Origin: Shigella phage Z31
Sequence record: MN655999
Strand: one strand, 5' to 3'
Length of the DNA stretch: 64,000 nt
Shown one piece after another: positions 1 through 9,346 of this stretch (position 1 is the first letter of the stretch; every line of letters begins with the position of its first letter). The translations under genes were made by a program, and so were the position numbers. Under the pieces are notes generated by a model that worked only from the letters and a program-made list of their open reading frames with translations, did no database searches and was not told the origin of the DNA.

Positions 1-594
1 ACAGTATTCGATGCCAGACATTTCAAAGCCACCTTTCAGTACTTTACCAATGTCGAACAGGCAACAGTTAATCCCACCAAAAATTAGGTCTCTTAAGTCA
101 TGGATGTAGATAAACCCTTTTTCAATGGCTTCGAGTTCCTCTGGTGTTAAATGGTATTGTTTAAAGATTTCTTTAGTCAGATAGCCACGAATAATTGAAC
201 CTTTTGTAGAAATTAAACTGCTGTCAAAGTTAGCATTTTCACGGTCACCTAAGAAGAGTGTGTCTTTAGTCTTTTGGTAAAGCTCATCCCAATTTTGAGC
301 AACCTCTTTACGGTAATTTCTATATGTTGAGTAAGACTCATAAATCTCGTGATTGACTTCTGCCAAAGCACCTTCAACGATACTGTGGATATCATTTACC
401 GAGATGAGTAAGTTATTCTGCTTAGTGGACTTTACCAGAATCCTCATAAATGCTGATTCAAGTGCTTGGGTAACATCTGGTGGAAGTTCTTTATACCCAA
501 CTCTGTTAGCTGACTTAGTTACTGCTGCTAAAACTTTTTTGATATCCGGTTCTTCAAGTGAGCCATTCTTTTTAATAATTTGTACTTTGTTCAT
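1..594 (-). CDS. nrdD: anaerobic ribonucleoside-triphosphate reductase NrdD, N-terminal part (gene continues past window start)
   Basis: Minus-strand frame open from ATG at ~594 to position 1 (RBS AAAGGGG upstream); translation MNKVQIIKKNGSLEEPDIKK... (ATP-cone-like) and ...GFIYIHDLRD..GINCCLFDIGKVLKGGFEMSG, which matches the T4/E. coli NrdD IHVHD...NCCLVDLKGMLENGF region from memory. Not in ORF track because it is truncated. Confidence 0.7.
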   Translation of the reverse strand, partial: MNKVQIIKKNGSLEEPDIKKVLAAVTKSANRVGYKELPPDVTQALESAFMRILVKSTKQNNLLISVNDIHSIVEGALAEVNHEIYESYSTYRNYRKEVAQNWDELYQKTKDTLFLGDRENANFDSSLISTKGSIIRGYLTKEIFKQYHLTPEELEAIEKGFIYIHDLRDLIFGGINCCLFDIGKVLKGGFEMSGIEYC

Positions 595-611
595 TATTGC
601 CCCTTTACATG

Positions 612-634
612 CTAAAAAGGTCTCCGAAGAGACC
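612..634 (-). terminator. rho-independent terminator (GGTCTC-CGAA-GAGACC hairpin + T-tract on minus strand)
   Basis: Perfect inverted repeat followed by T-run immediately downstream of the 643..849 minus gene. Confidence 0.55.
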
Positions 635-642
635 CTTTCATT

Positions 643-849
643 TTAAATCTTTTTAGAAAACTTCGAAAAGAGTTCTCTTAGTTTTTCAGTGATGCCTAAC
701 TGTATCTCTAATATTTCAAAGATAACCCATAGTAACATGGCTCCAAACAATGAACCTTGTTCAAAATCAGTAAATAGGTTAACAACAAGCATACCAATCA
801 CAATAGCTGGTGCATCAACAACCAAACCTTCCCAAAGGCGTTTAAGCAT
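643..849 (-). CDS. small hydrophobic (membrane) protein, unknown function
   Basis: ORF track 68 aa; hydrophobic segments VVDAPAIVIGMLVVNLF and AMLLWVIFEIL; overlaps next gene start. Confidence 0.45.
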   Translation of the reverse strand: MLKRLWEGLVVDAPAIVIGMLVVNLFTDFEQGSLFGAMLLWVIFEILEIQLGITEKLRELFSKFSKKI

Positions 850-1084
850 TATTCACCTCTGCCATAAAATTCTGTAGCGTTCCAACAGGTTTTAGATTTT
901 GACCATCAGTTTTCATGATGAATGGCATCTGACGAACTGGCATCTGTGCAATATCAATCAGGTCTGACAGTTCATAATCCTGCCCCAACATTCTCACAAC
1001 ATGGTCAATACCACGAGCTTTTGCAAAATTCTTTGCGGTCTCACATTGAGGGCATCCAGTTTTGGAGTAAATTACATAAGTCAT
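842..1084 (-). CDS. glutaredoxin / NrdH-like redoxin
   Basis: 80 aa, YSKTGCPQCETAK active-site CxxC near N-terminus; start overlaps nrdB stop (TAATG). Confidence 0.75.
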   Translation of the reverse strand: MTYVIYSKTGCPQCETAKNFAKARGIDHVVRMLGQDYELSDLIDIAQMPVRQMPFIMKTDGQNLKPVGTLQNFMAEVNNA

Positions 1085-2157
1085 TAAGGAACCTCTAAAA
1101 ATCCACTATTCAAATCATCTACAACAGTATTCAATAAATACGCACCATTCTGTTGCTCCTGATTAGCATTCTGCTCTTTGTCAATTTCCATCTTCTTAAT
1201 CATATACTTCAAAGGTGGTTCTTTAGGAGCTACAAAATCTCTGGGAATGCCAAACATATCATACAGAGGGGCAGCATTATAGTAAACCCACTCATGAAGA
1301 AGCTTTGTATTTAATCCAACTACAGCGCGTCCTTCGGAGAAGATATAATACGACCATTTCTCTTCGCTTTCAACTACTTCATCTAAGATTACTTTAATCT
1401 CTGGTAGAATTTGTTGGAAAGCTTTTTGCCACTCATCATCTCTTAAAGTTTCTTTTAAAACTTCAATATCAATTTTAGTGTGAAGGATTTCGTCAAGCAT
1501 AATTTTCTGTACAGCTTGAGCGATACCTTGAAATTTATCTTGAGCATCAAGTGCAAAAGTACATGCAAAGGATGCCATAAAAGAAATACCTTCAAGTGCA
1601 GTCACTGCAAATAGACCTTTTAGAATCACTTTATGGAAGTGTAAAGGGTCTTTGTCCAGAAGTGAATCACGGACATAACTCAGGCGATAGTTTATACCTT
1701 CATCCAGTAATTCTTCAAGAACACGATTCACAGTTTTTAATCGGTCTTGTACAGCAACATTCTGGTTAATCTCATCTAAGATTGTTTCAGGGTTTTTAAT
1801 ACATTGCCTTACAATCTCTGAGTAAGTAAGGGCATGTAGGTTTTCAATCTCAGACTGCTTCATAATTGCAGTTGCATAAATGTCATCAGAGATGAATGGC
1901 GCAAAGGCGAATGCCAAGCTCTTAGCAACTTGAGTATCTGCTTCCCATTGCCACTTAAGAATCTCAAGCATTACACCTGACATTGATGCTGGCACACTCT
2001 CAAAATCAAGACGTGATTGTTCAAAAGGGAACTCATCTTCTGACCAGTCTTGTGCTTTTTGTTGTTTATATAGTTCAAAGATTTTTGGGTAGTGTTTATT
2101 AAGTGAGTCAAACGTCTTTCTCTCACCACCTAAAAAGATTGGGTGTTGGTTAATCAT
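1084..2157 (-). CDS. nrdB: ribonucleotide reductase class I beta subunit
   Basis: ORF track; start trimmed to the Met preceded by GAAAGGAGA; typical R2 length; sits in nrdA-nrdB-grx cluster. Confidence 0.88.
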   Translation of the reverse strand: MINQHPIFLGGERKTFDSLNKHYPKIFELYKQQKAQDWSEDEFPFEQSRLDFESVPASMSGVMLEILKWQWEADTQVAKSLAFAFAPFISDDIYATAIMKQSEIENLHALTYSEIVRQCIKNPETILDEINQNVAVQDRLKTVNRVLEELLDEGINYRLSYVRDSLLDKDPLHFHKVILKGLFAVTALEGISFMASFACTFALDAQDKFQGIAQAVQKIMLDEILHTKIDIEVLKETLRDDEWQKAFQQILPEIKVILDEVVESEEKWSYYIFSEGRAVVGLNTKLLHEWVYYNAAPLYDMFGIPRDFVAPKEPPLKYMIKKMEIDKEQNANQEQQNGAYLLNTVVDDLNSGFLEVP

Positions 2158-2411
2158 AGTGTGATTTCTCCTTTCTTTATCATCTCTAAGGCTTGTTTTC
2201 TGTCTAAAACTTCCCAATTTTCTTTGTTAAACATGTCATAAGGTCTTGCATAGATTTTACCATCTGCTGTAGAGATGTAAGAGACACCAGCGACCCATGA
2301 GTCATCATTTTGTTTTATCATCATGTCTGTGCTGCTCACATAGTACATCGTTTTCCGAGGTTTATGGAGCAAATATATGGGCCACTCATGATTTGCTATT
2401 AAATCTTTCAT
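2154..2411 (-). CDS. hypothetical protein (between nrdA and nrdB)
   Basis: ORF track, start trimmed to MKDLIANHEW with GGAGAAACT RBS; ATGA overlap with nrdB start. Confidence 0.4.
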   Translation of the reverse strand: MKDLIANHEWPIYLLHKPRKTMYYVSSTDMMIKQNDDSWVAGVSYISTADGKIYARPYDMFNKENWEVLDRKQALEMIKKGEITL

Positions 2412-2466
2412 AGTTTCTCCAAAGTTAATTTTAGAGGGTCTTTTACGACCCTCGTAGTTATTAAAA

Positions 2467-4701
2467 CTAAACACCACAACCCTCGCAATAAGCATCTTGC
2501 AGTGCAGATTTACCTACACCAATGCGACTGTTAAGATAGTACATGGTTTTCATACCTACTGAGTTGGCATAAATCATGTACTTCAAAGCTTGAGCCAATG
2601 ATACCTTCTTAGACTTTGCATAGTCAACATAGAAATCTGAAGAGATAGCTTGACCAGTGAACTTTTGAACAATTGCATAACAATCAATCAGGTCAAAGGT
2701 GTCAATATCCCAAGCAATTTCATAGACATACTTCAACTCTTCGTAATCTGGAACAATAAACAGTACGTTACCAGTTGCAGACTTTTTAGTTAAAATAAAG
2801 TCACGAATTGGGTACAAACCATTTGTTGTATTAGTTGCCAGTGAAGAACTCTCATTAGGCATGTAAGCTTCTAATACAGAGTTACGGATTCCACCATTTT
2901 CTTTAATACGTTGTGCTAAGTCATCCCAATCATAACGAAGTTTTGCATCATGCTTCTCATCAATCTTCCTGTTAGCTGTTTTCGGAGGAACCCAACCTTC
3001 AGGATACTTAGTGAACTGCATATACTCAGGTACACCACGTTCTTTAGCAAGTCTTAAAGAAGCTTCGTGTAAGTAGTAAGAGTGCATTTCAGCAAGCTCA
3101 TGAAGCTTCGTCTTACCTGCTCTTGAAGAGTAGTTCACGTAGTTTTTCGCAAGGTAATGAGCCACATTTGTAAGGCCAATCCCAACAGAACGACGCTTCT
3201 GAACATGGTTACGCATCGACGGATACGGATAATCCATAAGGTCAATAACGGAGTCAACCATTGCAAGAGCATAATAAGCAACGTCAGCGTATTCATCTTC
3301 TGAAATTCTCCCTGCAACCAAACTAGCTAGGAAGCAAAGAGCTACCTCACCATCCTCTTTCACAGCATCATCTCTGTAAAGGTCTGTCTCTTTCTCAAAG
3401 CCGTACACTGGCAACACAATTTCCATACAAAGATTTGACATCTTCAAAGGTTCTTTAAATGGTGTATGTGTGTTTGCATTGTTTGTGAAGAATGGATACA
3501 CACGGCCTGTTGCATAACGCTGCTGGATAAACAGTTTAGCAATTTCACGAGCCTTTACTCGTCTGTGCTTAACACCTGAATGCACTGCATGACCAACTGC
3601 CATAGCAAACTCATCAGCAGATGCTGTGTAGAACATGTCATAGAGCTTTGGTGCATCCTTGTAAGAGAATAACAACCAGTCTGTATCATATTGAACACAC
3701 TGCCAGAAGTAATCATTTGTACCAAATGAGTAGTCCATCTCGTTAATACGTTTCGAAGGAACCGTTGTAGGGTGCTTCAAACGCAGTAAATCTTCAATCT
3801 GTGGGTCGAGAGCAGTGTAGAAGTTGTTAGCTGAACCACCACGGCTCTTTTGTTTGTTTGCCTCTACAGATGAACGTACAAGCTTGTAATAAGGCAGTTT
3901 ACCCATGTGCTCAATAGTATTTTGACGGATACCATCGCCAATAGTGCGAGTCTCCATCAGCATCCCAATACCAGCTTGCTTTGTAGTCATATCATAAGCA
4001 ACCTTTGCAGCAATACCGAGTGATTCAGCGGTATCATTCGCTTTAATCAAACAGCATGACGCATAACCTGATTTAGTAGCTCTTAAACCATTCAGATAAG
4101 GCGTAGGAGCATTAATCTTCAGGTCAGATAGGTAAGTGTACAGCTTGATAACATCTTGCAGTCTACGGTGCTTTGGTTGCTTCTCAAAGGCTTTCATAGC
4201 CATACCCATAAACATAAATTGTGGTGACTCAAAAAGTCTTCCCGTTTTAATATCACGGATACCATACTTGTCTCTGAACTGTTTCAGGACTGCATAACCG
4301 TAAGAGATATCTTTTGAGTGCACAATGTACCCTTGCAGGTATTCAAGCTCTTCCTGAGAATAGTCCATCTTCTCCCAAAGTCCTGCTCTCTCCATATTTT
4401 TAACGAAGGTAACCAGCGTAGGAACTTTAGTAAAGCCTCCAAAGGCTTCTTTGTAGATAATCCCCAGAAGTAGCCGCCCAGCCATGTCTGAGTACTCTTG
4501 AGTTTGCTTATCAACACAAACATCAATCATGGCTTGGTGCATCTCTTTTGTAGTGCAACCTTCATAGACACGTTTCATGGCTTCCATAGTGACTTCTGAC
4601 CAGATAATACCACGCTTATCTGCCCATGATGCCCACTTATTCAGTCTTTCTGGGTCAAAGTTTACTACTGTACCGTTTGATTTTTTAATTGTCTTAATCA
4701 T
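2467..4701 (-). CDS. nrdA: ribonucleotide reductase class I alpha subunit
   Basis: 744 aa; N-terminal ATP-cone (IKKSNGTVVNFDPERL), length and C-terminal Cys pair typical of NrdA; RBS AGGA. Confidence 0.9.
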   Translation of the reverse strand: MIKTIKKSNGTVVNFDPERLNKWASWADKRGIIWSEVTMEAMKRVYEGCTTKEMHQAMIDVCVDKQTQEYSDMAGRLLLGIIYKEAFGGFTKVPTLVTFVKNMERAGLWEKMDYSQEELEYLQGYIVHSKDISYGYAVLKQFRDKYGIRDIKTGRLFESPQFMFMGMAMKAFEKQPKHRRLQDVIKLYTYLSDLKINAPTPYLNGLRATKSGYASCCLIKANDTAESLGIAAKVAYDMTTKQAGIGMLMETRTIGDGIRQNTIEHMGKLPYYKLVRSSVEANKQKSRGGSANNFYTALDPQIEDLLRLKHPTTVPSKRINEMDYSFGTNDYFWQCVQYDTDWLLFSYKDAPKLYDMFYTASADEFAMAVGHAVHSGVKHRRVKAREIAKLFIQQRYATGRVYPFFTNNANTHTPFKEPLKMSNLCMEIVLPVYGFEKETDLYRDDAVKEDGEVALCFLASLVAGRISEDEYADVAYYALAMVDSVIDLMDYPYPSMRNHVQKRRSVGIGLTNVAHYLAKNYVNYSSRAGKTKLHELAEMHSYYLHEASLRLAKERGVPEYMQFTKYPEGWVPPKTANRKIDEKHDAKLRYDWDDLAQRIKENGGIRNSVLEAYMPNESSSLATNTTNGLYPIRDFILTKKSATGNVLFIVPDYEELKYVYEIAWDIDTFDLIDCYAIVQKFTGQAISSDFYVDYAKSKKVSLAQALKYMIYANSVGMKTMYYLNSRIGVGKSALQDAYCEGCGV

Positions 4702-4718
4702 TTTTTAAATCCTACAGA

Positions 4719-4742
4719 TGAAAAGAGCCTCCGAAGAGGCTC
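4719..4742 (-). terminator. rho-independent terminator (GAGCCTC-TTCG-GAGGCTC + TTTT)
   Basis: Perfect 7-bp stem, tetraloop, T-run on minus strand between the 113-aa gene and nrdA RBS. Confidence 0.55.
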
Positions 4743-4748
4743 CCTAGT

Positions 4749-5090
4749 TTAAATCTTGAAAATTTGCTCATTCTGCCACATATCGTAAAACTTATCACTT
4801 ACTTTTGTGACTGAAGAAGTGTGCATACAATTCAGGAAGAACCATGATGATGATGTATTATCATCCATAAGTGTTTCAAGTTTTTGTGTAACGTTCACAT
4901 CCATGTCTGCGACAACGTAATTACCTCGCATCTTGCAAACAATTCTTCCAAACAAGATTGCACTTCTCCCTCTTCGGTCATCACAGTACATAACTGTGTC
5001 TCCGTGCTTAACGTCTTGTCCGATACTGTCAACACCTAACTTAGCACCTGAGATAATGTCATCATAAGATAACTTTTTTGCTTTAGACAC
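4749..5090 (-). CDS. hypothetical protein
   Basis: ORF track 113 aa; GTG start preceded by GGAGA. Confidence 0.45.
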   Translation of the reverse strand: MSKAKKLSYDDIISGAKLGVDSIGQDVKHGDTVMYCDDRRGRSAILFGRIVCKMRGNYVVADMDVNVTQKLETLMDDNTSSSWFFLNCMHTSSVTKVSDKFYDMWQNEQIFKI

Positions 5091-5406
5091 GGTATTTCTC
5101 CAAGTTTCTTTTTAGATATAACCAACCATAGTCGGTTCTTTCTACACCCATGAAGAGTGGAGCCATCACAACTTTACCAAAAGTATTTCTGTGTTGGCAG
5201 ATTTCAAAGGAATACTCTTTCTCAATATCAATCCCATATTTGTACAGGACTGCTTTTAAAACTTGTTCATTATCCAGAAGTGTATCTGGAGTCTCACCAT
5301 ACTTCTCAAGTAACGGGTCATTCATAAACACCGTCATAGAAATATTGTAGTTTGAGAAGTGGCTCTTCTGAGCCACACCTTCTTTATTAATGTTCTGTGA
5401 ATCCAT
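5083..5406 (-). CDS. hypothetical protein
   Basis: ORF track (110 aa, TTG start); trimmed to first ATG (MDSQNINK). Confidence 0.4.
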   Translation of the reverse strand: MDSQNINKEGVAQKSHFSNYNISMTVFMNDPLLEKYGETPDTLLDNEQVLKAVLYKYGIDIEKEYSFEICQHRNTFGKVVMAPLFMGVERTDYGWLYLKRNLEKYRV

Positions 5407-6142
5407 TATAACCAACCCCTTTTAACCAGCACTTCAGGTTATTAGCATCATAATTCAGTTTCGGGTATGAGGTTACATGGAACTGCTCACCATCGTAGTA
5501 GACAATATCTGCAATCCATAGTCCATTCTCTTTACAGAAATCTTTATCTGCTTTAGAGGTAATTGGATTAACTTCTACAAAACCATCTACACCCAAATCC
5601 TTCAAGCTATCTACAATACCTTTGCAGATAACGCATGTCTCAGATACTATCACAAAAAGTTCTTGGCTTTCAAGCTCTACAATGTATTCACCAAGCTGTA
5701 CTTTAGGAAGATTAGATTGCTTCATAATCTTCCCATCGGCTGCACGAACAATTGCATACCACTCTTTACCATCAACCACTGACATTCTGATGATACACTC
5801 TTGACCAGTACGCTTCTCAATATCTGCAAGACGTTTTAAAGCTTCTTCATAGTCATCTGTGTACTTCAAGTCATTATTATGGCAAACAGCTTTCATAGCA
5901 CCGTTATGGTCATGTTGTGACAGATAAATCAAACCATCAAGAACATATTGCAAATCTGCCTGAGCATCCAGTGTCTCAATGGGGTCTTTCTCTTCAATTG
6001 CTTTTACAAGCTCTTTTGCTTCTTCAAGCATACACAGAGACTGGGATTTTAAAGATTCCCAATACTCATCACTGTAAGGTTGCTTTTGAGTGTTTCCACA
6101 ACGAAGATTCCAGTTTTTTACTGCTTCTCTTGAGTTAAACAT
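5387..6142 (-). CDS. MazG-like nucleoside triphosphate pyrophosphohydrolase fused to a C-terminal glutaredoxin/thioredoxin-like domain
   Basis: 251 aa; N-terminal LEEAKELVKAIEEKDPIETLDAQADLQYVLDGL resembles the all-alpha MazG EExxE...D motif; C-terminal FVIVSETCVICKG...LGVD...DGEQFHV resembles a CxxC redoxin fold. Confidence 0.55.
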   Translation of the reverse strand: MFNSREAVKNWNLRCGNTQKQPYSDEYWESLKSQSLCMLEEAKELVKAIEEKDPIETLDAQADLQYVLDGLIYLSQHDHNGAMKAVCHNNDLKYTDDYEEALKRLADIEKRTGQECIIRMSVVDGKEWYAIVRAADGKIMKQSNLPKVQLGEYIVELESQELFVIVSETCVICKGIVDSLKDLGVDGFVEVNPITSKADKDFCKENGLWIADIVYYDGEQFHVTSYPKLNYDANNLKCWLKGVGYNGFTEH

Positions 6143-6365
6143 TTGGACTCCTTAAAAATCTGTTAACCTTTAGCTCTCGTGTTTCAATATATTCCAGATG
6201 CTCACGTAGCTCTTGACGTTTAAGCATTAGGTGCTGCATTTGAGACTCAACAGCTTCAACTTCTTTAATTATTGACTCTCTGGCATTTGCAAGAATGCGC
6301 TCAAGTTCTTCAATCTTGCTGTCAACCTTTGCTACATGACTAACAGCTTTACTTTTGTTAAACAT
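6135..6365 (-). CDS. small coiled-coil protein, unknown function
   Basis: ORF track 81 aa, start trimmed to MFNKSK (GAGAGAG RBS). Confidence 0.4.
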   Translation of the reverse strand: MFNKSKAVSHVAKVDSKIEELERILANARESIIKEVEAVESQMQHLMLKRQELREHLEYIETRELKVNRFLRSPNV

Positions 6366-6386
6366 TTTATTCTCTCTCAATAGTTA

Positions 6387-6884
6387 TCAAGCACAGTTTG
6401 CTTTCATTACCTTATGGATTCTTTTTTCAGCATCTTCATAAGTTTCTTTAGTGATAAACTTAATTGCTGCAATATTGGCATTGTAGAAGAGTCTGAGCTT
6501 AGAGTCAATCCTTTTTGTCATTACATCGAATTTATGTTGGAGGTTTGCTTCACCATAAACTAGACCACCTTTCGTGTAGTAGGTTTGTATAATGTAAAAG
6601 TCAAAAAATTCTTTTCCAAAGCTCTCAATATCTTTTTTAATATACTCAGAAGAAGTCTCATAAGTCATCCAATCACTCTCCTTAGTGACTACCTTCTTCC
6701 GAGTCTTGCCAGCAACTTTTCTTTTGGTCACGCTATTAAGCTGTTTCTTTCCAATATAATATTGTCCGGTTTTCTTACAGTGTACTAAGTAGACAAAACC
6801 AAAATGTTTAGTGGGGTCAACTTCCCCACATAAAGATACCCAATGACCATAGGTAGGACAATTGCCAAATCCTTTAATCTTCAT
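6387..6884 (-). CDS. GIY-YIG-like nuclease domain protein (possible free-standing homing endonuclease remnant)
   Basis: 165 aa; FGFVYLVHCKKTGQYYIGKK resembles the GIY-(x10)-YIG motif; no obvious DNA-binding extension. Confidence 0.4.
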   Translation of the reverse strand: MKIKGFGNCPTYGHWVSLCGEVDPTKHFGFVYLVHCKKTGQYYIGKKQLNSVTKRKVAGKTRKKVVTKESDWMTYETSSEYIKKDIESFGKEFFDFYIIQTYYTKGGLVYGEANLQHKFDVMTKRIDSKLRLFYNANIAAIKFITKETYEDAEKRIHKVMKANCA

Positions 6885-7914
6885 TCATACACGGCTCCCA
6901 ATTATATTTCTTAAAAGAGAAATTATCTTTTGGATTTCTCTCTTGATATGCTATCCAGAAATGCTGTTCCATTAACTCTAATGGCGTTTTGGTAACAGTC
7001 TGCCCATCCCATGATACATAGGTGTATGACTCTTTTTTAGCATAGAGTTCATAGATAGCATCGAGGCACTCTTTGTAGGTCTCTTTACCATCTAAAGCAT
7101 TCATCACAGCTACTTTGCCAGCACCTTTAAGGCCAAAGTAGTTGTCTGCATTATCTCCAGCAACAGCCTGATAACACAAAAATTTAAAACCTACACCAAC
7201 TGTTTTTGCAGCTTTTGGTTTTGATTTGATAGGGCAATCCCAGATATCACCGACATTATTGTCAGCAATGAAAATTAGTGGTGACTTTTCATAAGTCATA
7301 TCAATACAATAAGTCCCTTCAGCTTGTCGAAGGTCTTTGTCAATACTCATAAGAGCAGCTTTCTTACCCATCTTTTCAGCTTTAGCAATTACGATTGAGT
7401 CAGCTTCGAAGCCACCTTTTAAGAGCTTGAACTCTGGTCTGGATAAAAGATATTCACGACAAGCGACTAAATGTGTTGGTGTAACAGCATCTTTACGGTT
7501 ACCTTGATATTGGTGCTCAAGACCTTTAACGTCTTTATGTTTATGTACACCTTTCTCTGTTAAGTAACCTACCCAAGTTCTTTCTTTACCAACAACCTTA
7601 AGCCATTCCTGAAGAACCTGCTGAGTAGCCATGATAGCTTCTTTTTCACTCTTAGCTTCTTTCCAAGTCTGTCTTTCCCATTCATCTTCATCAAATGCTA
7701 GGCCAAGCTCTTCTACAAGGATTCTCTGGTCTGCTAACCATCTTGCAGCATCTTTTGCATTATCAAATGATTCAGATTCTTCTGCTGTGAGTTTATTGAC
7801 ATATTTATATTTTGCTTTCTCAACTACACAAGCACCTTTATAGGCAATACTGTCAGAGTCAATAAAGACATGTGTAACTGAATCGGGAAGTTTTTTTAAT
7901 GTGTACTTCTCCAT
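6874..7914 (-). CDS. 5'-3' exonuclease / flap endonuclease (RNase H-like)
   Basis: 346 aa; N-terminal VTHVFIDSDSIAYKGA resembles the T4 RNase H / T5 D15 pattern; position beside SSB and primase-helicase. Confidence 0.55.
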   Translation of the reverse strand: MEKYTLKKLPDSVTHVFIDSDSIAYKGACVVEKAKYKYVNKLTAEESESFDNAKDAARWLADQRILVEELGLAFDEDEWERQTWKEAKSEKEAIMATQQVLQEWLKVVGKERTWVGYLTEKGVHKHKDVKGLEHQYQGNRKDAVTPTHLVACREYLLSRPEFKLLKGGFEADSIVIAKAEKMGKKAALMSIDKDLRQAEGTYCIDMTYEKSPLIFIADNNVGDIWDCPIKSKPKAAKTVGVGFKFLCYQAVAGDNADNYFGLKGAGKVAVMNALDGKETYKECLDAIYELYAKKESYTYVSWDGQTVTKTPLELMEQHFWIAYQERNPKDNFSFKKYNWEPCMNED

Positions 7915-7928
7915 TGTGACTCTCCATA

Positions 7929-7960
7929 TGAAAAAGCCCCATACTAAGTACAGGGCTTTA
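7929..7960 (-). terminator. rho-independent terminator (AAAGCCC...GGGCTTT + T-run)
   Basis: 7-bp stem and T-tract on minus strand downstream of SSB gene. Confidence 0.5.
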
Positions 7961-7976
7961 AAGTAACTTTTATAGA

Positions 7977-8834
7977 TTAGTCTTCTGTATCAAAGTCTTC
8001 ATCTTCTTCGTCATCTGGGTCTGGTAAGTCTTCATCGTCACCATCATCAGAATCATTCGAAGGTTTGTGGTCTTTTGCGTCTTCTTCAGTGATTTCACCG
8101 TTATCTTCAACACCGTCAAGACCAAGCATAGCCAGTTCGTCTTCATCCAGTTCAGGTTCACCGTTAGCACCGTTACCACCAGTGTAAGGTACAAGAGTAT
8201 CAATGATAAACTGTTCCTGAATAGGTTTTGTCAGAACATTGTTCTCAAAAGTGTAGAAGTGAGTAGAAAGAATCACACTACCAAAAGAACCGTTACCGAC
8301 TGCAATATCTGGATGAATTACATCATAGTTCTTGTCATCTTCATGTTTATCAGATGCTTGAGCTTTGATTTTCTTCATCGGCTGTTTAACAGCTACACGC
8401 TTACCATTTACTTCTTCAATCAGCATCACAGGGAATGACTGTTTAGCTGTCCACACAGCACCATCTTTATAAGCTGCTGCACGACTTACTTTCAAGATGT
8501 AGTAAGTGTCTGCTTCAAATGGTGGTTTGCAACCAAACTTCTCTTCGAAGTCATCTGCATCAACCGCTTCAGTAGTAACTTTATCCCAACCTTCTGGGTT
8601 TTTCTTAGACTTAGTGAACTCTTTAAACAGTTTGTTACCATCTTCTGCCAGAATTGAAACACTGTAGTTGCAGTCTTTGCCTGGGAATTTCTTATCAATG
8701 GATTTACCTTTTCCCGGACGTGGTGAAGTGTTCAGGTAATAAAACCAGACATCTTTCAGAAGGTAACGCAGAGTTTGACGTTCAGTACCATTGTACTTCT
8801 CTACCGGAGCTTTCATTTTAACAACTTTAGACAT
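7977..8834 (-). CDS. single-stranded DNA-binding protein with acidic C-terminal tail
   Basis: 285 aa; C-terminal ~50 aa extremely acidic ending DEEDEDFDTED, like T7 gp2.5-type SSB tails; replication-module context. Confidence 0.6.
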   Translation of the reverse strand: MSKVVKMKAPVEKYNGTERQTLRYLLKDVWFYYLNTSPRPGKGKSIDKKFPGKDCNYSVSILAEDGNKLFKEFTKSKKNPEGWDKVTTEAVDADDFEEKFGCKPPFEADTYYILKVSRAAAYKDGAVWTAKQSFPVMLIEEVNGKRVAVKQPMKKIKAQASDKHEDDKNYDVIHPDIAVGNGSFGSVILSTHFYTFENNVLTKPIQEQFIIDTLVPYTGGNGANGEPELDEDELAMLGLDGVEDNGEITEEDAKDHKPSNDSDDGDDEDLPDPDDEEDEDFDTED

Positions 8835-8871
8835 TATTTAAACCTCTATCTCAATTTATGAAGAGTACCAA

Positions 8872-8899
8872 TTCTAATTTGTTGATACTCTATTGTCAA
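8872..8899 (-). promoter_or_regulatory. sigma70-type promoter (TTGACA-16-TAGAAT) upstream of SSB gene
   Basis: Consensus -35 and near-consensus -10 with 16-bp spacer on minus strand. Confidence 0.5.
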
Positions 8900-8906
8900 A
8901 CATTAA

Positions 8907-9056
8907 TTACTGGAAGTTGTGCTTATCTTTAGAAGCTGCTTTACGTGCAGTTTTTCCAGTTCTTACACGCTTCTCTTCATAGTATTTTGCTGGTTTTCCA
9001 GCAGTGGCTTTTAAGGAATCCCCAAAAACTTTTTCAAATGCTTTAGAGTGTTTCAT
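8907..9056 (-). CDS. small basic protein (49 aa), unknown
   Basis: ATGA-overlapped start with upstream ORF stop; MKHSKAFEKVFGDSLKATAGKPAKYYEEKRVRTGKTARKAASKDKHNFQ; below ORF-track size cutoff. Confidence 0.3.
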   Translation of the reverse strand: MKHSKAFEKVFGDSLKATAGKPAKYYEEKRVRTGKTARKAASKDKHNFQ

Positions 9057-9346
9057 GATATTCTCCGATATACTTGATATTCAAACACATTTTCTTTAAT
9101 TATAAACAGCCAACCAATATTATGTCGAGGTATAGTAATAGTGACTGTTACCATACTGTGATGGAACTTTTCTTCTACCTCAACACCTCCATCACATTTC
9201 ATGTAGAGCATTCTATAGAACCTATCAACCTTTGTCAAACACTCTTCCTGAAATTCATTTAAACTTTTTTCTTCAAAGAAGGGTATGAACCCCTCTCTTT
9301 TATAACTATCACTCAGTTTCAAACGGGCAGTCATCTGCATCCTCAC
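9053..9346 (-). CDS. hypothetical protein
   Basis: ORF track 97 aa. Confidence 0.4.
   Translation of the reverse strand: MRMQMTARLKLSDSYKREGFIPFFEEKSLNEFQEECLTKVDRFYRMLYMKCDGGVEVEEKFHHSMVTVTITIPRHNIGWLFIIKENVFEYQVYRRIS

Noticed and set aside
353-646. Plus-strand 97-aa ORF from the track
   Set aside because: It lies antisense to a continuous minus-strand frame whose translation matches NrdD; antisense artefact.
3135-4526. Small track ORFs nested in nrdA (3135..3317, 4284..4526) and similar nested ORFs elsewhere (e.g. 7970..8203, 8492..8698, 14011..14475, 27720..28220)
   Set aside because: Fully contained within larger, well-supported genes in other frames; no independent signals.
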